Source of the DNA: a virus
Lineage: Duplodnaviria; Caudoviricetes
IMG/VR virus record: IMGVR_UViG_3300018914_000069
Coordinates: 1 to 58,466 of that record
Strand: one strand, 5' to 3'
DNA: 58,466 nucleotides
The notes beneath the pieces were generated by a model. That model was not told the origin of the DNA, ran no database searches, and worked only from the letters and a program-made list of their open reading frames with translations. Both the position numbers and the translations under genes were made by a program. Within the stretch, counting starts at the first letter, position 1; every line of letters starts with the position of its first letter. Positions 57,252 to 58,466 of the stretch are shown here, piece by piece.

Positions 57252-57380
57252 TTAATAAATTGTAGCAAAGACCTTATTTAACAAGGTCTTTTTTTCTTTT
57301 TTACAGCATACGTTGGTATTGAGATTAAATAAAGTTTGATTTGTCTAAGATGGTAACAACTGAGATAAGGAGGAGTAAAC

Positions 57381-58466
57381 ATGAATCCTAACGTTGAGGG
57401 CACTGGCGCTCTGCAAGAAGATAGCAAAATTGCGTTTCTGAAGACACTCCAGCAAGTCCAAATTAAGGATTTTGGGATTAGCAGGCTTAAGCAGGAAATC
57501 AGCGTGAAAGAGTTTATCCGCATGCAAGACAAGTTCCTGTTCGATGATCCTGTACAGCGGAATGCAAACGCATGGAACGATGAGAAGAAATCACTGTTGA
57601 TCCACTCCATCATTATGGGTATCCCTGTTCCAAACTTCTTTGTGCAGATGGTTGACGGCAAATACAATGTGATTGATGGAAAGCAGCGTTTAACAACTCT
57701 TCTACAGTTTCTGGATGATCAGTTCATACTACACAGAGATACACCACCCGTTCCCATTACTGATGAAAACGGCGTGAATCATGAATACCCAATAGCAAAC
57801 ACACTTTTCAATGCGTTACCTGAAGAATTCAAAGATCGCATTCACGCTAATACTCTGGTGCTTGAAGTATTGGGCATGACTGATGAAATTAAAAACCTTG
57901 TGTTTGCTCGTCTCAATCAGACTGAGCCATTGAAGCCAACTGAGAAACTTCGTTCCGTCATGACTACAGAATTAATTCATTTTGTAGCACAAATGGCGAG
58001 AAGCGAATTTATTCAGGCGGTCAACATGTCTGCAAGCACACGCAATCGCTTAGGGGATCAGGAGCTAGTACTTCAATCCATGTTGTTTATTGCTAAGAAC
58101 GGAGAGACTGGAATTGGTTCTGACGATGTGAAGAAGTGGGTTTCGGAAGGTGTAACAGAAGATGTGCTGGACGCATACAAGTATGCCATTCATTATCTAG
58201 ATGAAGTAGCGCAGCACTTGGAAGGAAAGAAAGTCAAGAAGCAATTGAAAAAGAATCACATCCCAATGCTGACATTGATTGCACTGAACGCTAAAGACGT
58301 TACTGCCGAACAGTTTGCAGAATGGATGGAGTCTTTCCTAGTGGAACGGTACGACAAACTGAACTATAAAGACTACGCTCGACTTGGTTCAGCTAAGAAA
58401 GAAAATGCATCTACTCGGTATAGAATTATGCAGAGAGACTTCAACAAAACATTTAACCTGTCATAA
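57381..58466 (+). CDS. DUF262 (ParB-like/GmrS) domain protein
   Basis: VQRN..AW...KKSLLIHSII.G.PVP, VIDGKQRLTT, F.RLN. Confidence 0.85.
   Translation: MNPNVEGTGALQEDSKIAFLKTLQQVQIKDFGISRLKQEISVKEFIRMQDKFLFDDPVQRNANAWNDEKKSLLIHSIIMGIPVPNFFVQMVDGKYNVIDGKQRLTTLLQFLDDQFILHRDTPPVPITDENGVNHEYPIANTLFNALPEEFKDRIHANTLVLEVLGMTDEIKNLVFARLNQTEPLKPTEKLRSVMTTELIHFVAQMARSEFIQAVNMSASTRNRLGDQELVLQSMLFIAKNGETGIGSDDVKKWVSEGVTEDVLDAYKYAIHYLDEVAQHLEGKKVKKQLKKNHIPMLTLIALNAKDVTAEQFAEWMESFLVERYDKLNYKDYARLGSAKKENASTRYRIMQRDFNKTFNLS

Noticed and set aside
37805-58466. Arbitrium aimR-aimP-aimX locus
   Set aside because: No TPR receptor or signal-peptide pheromone gene was recognised in this window; it may lie outside.

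Overview
This 58.5-kb window is part of a large SPbeta-like temperate siphophage. The host is probably a Bacillales member; the HU protein looks Brevibacillus/Paenibacillus-like, which is an inference. Bases 1-37,600 (minus strand) hold the late region: lysis, tail fibre/baseplate, tape measure, a PemK/MazF-like moron, a tyrosine recombinase, tail and head genes, terminase, ClpP, PhoH, HU and a YonO-type single-subunit RNA polymerase. Bases 37,800-58,466 (plus strand) hold the early/accessory region: a second tyrosine-recombinase-fold protein, RecD2 helicase, a putative replication initiator, many short genes behind sigmaA promoters, two tRNAs, yolD and a DUF262 gene. The main non-coding observations are: (1) a 325-nt ORF-less group I intron splitting the RNA polymerase gene, with exact splice sites; (2) a complete type I hammerhead ribozyme ahead of a large polyvalent-protein gene; (3) an 18-bp ATNAAA-N6-TTTNAT inverted repeat at accessory gene junctions, suggesting an integron-like cassette system or a repressor operator; (4) UACAU, the Bacillus MazF cleavage sequence, placed in early-gene leaders of a phage that encodes its own MazF-like gene; (5) two strand-polarised ATAACAG clusters, one beside two perfect DnaA boxes; (6) a structured RNA candidate upstream of phoH and an antisense sRNA candidate ahead of the lysis genes. 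All protein calls come from motif recognition and SPbeta gene order by eye; no database search was run.
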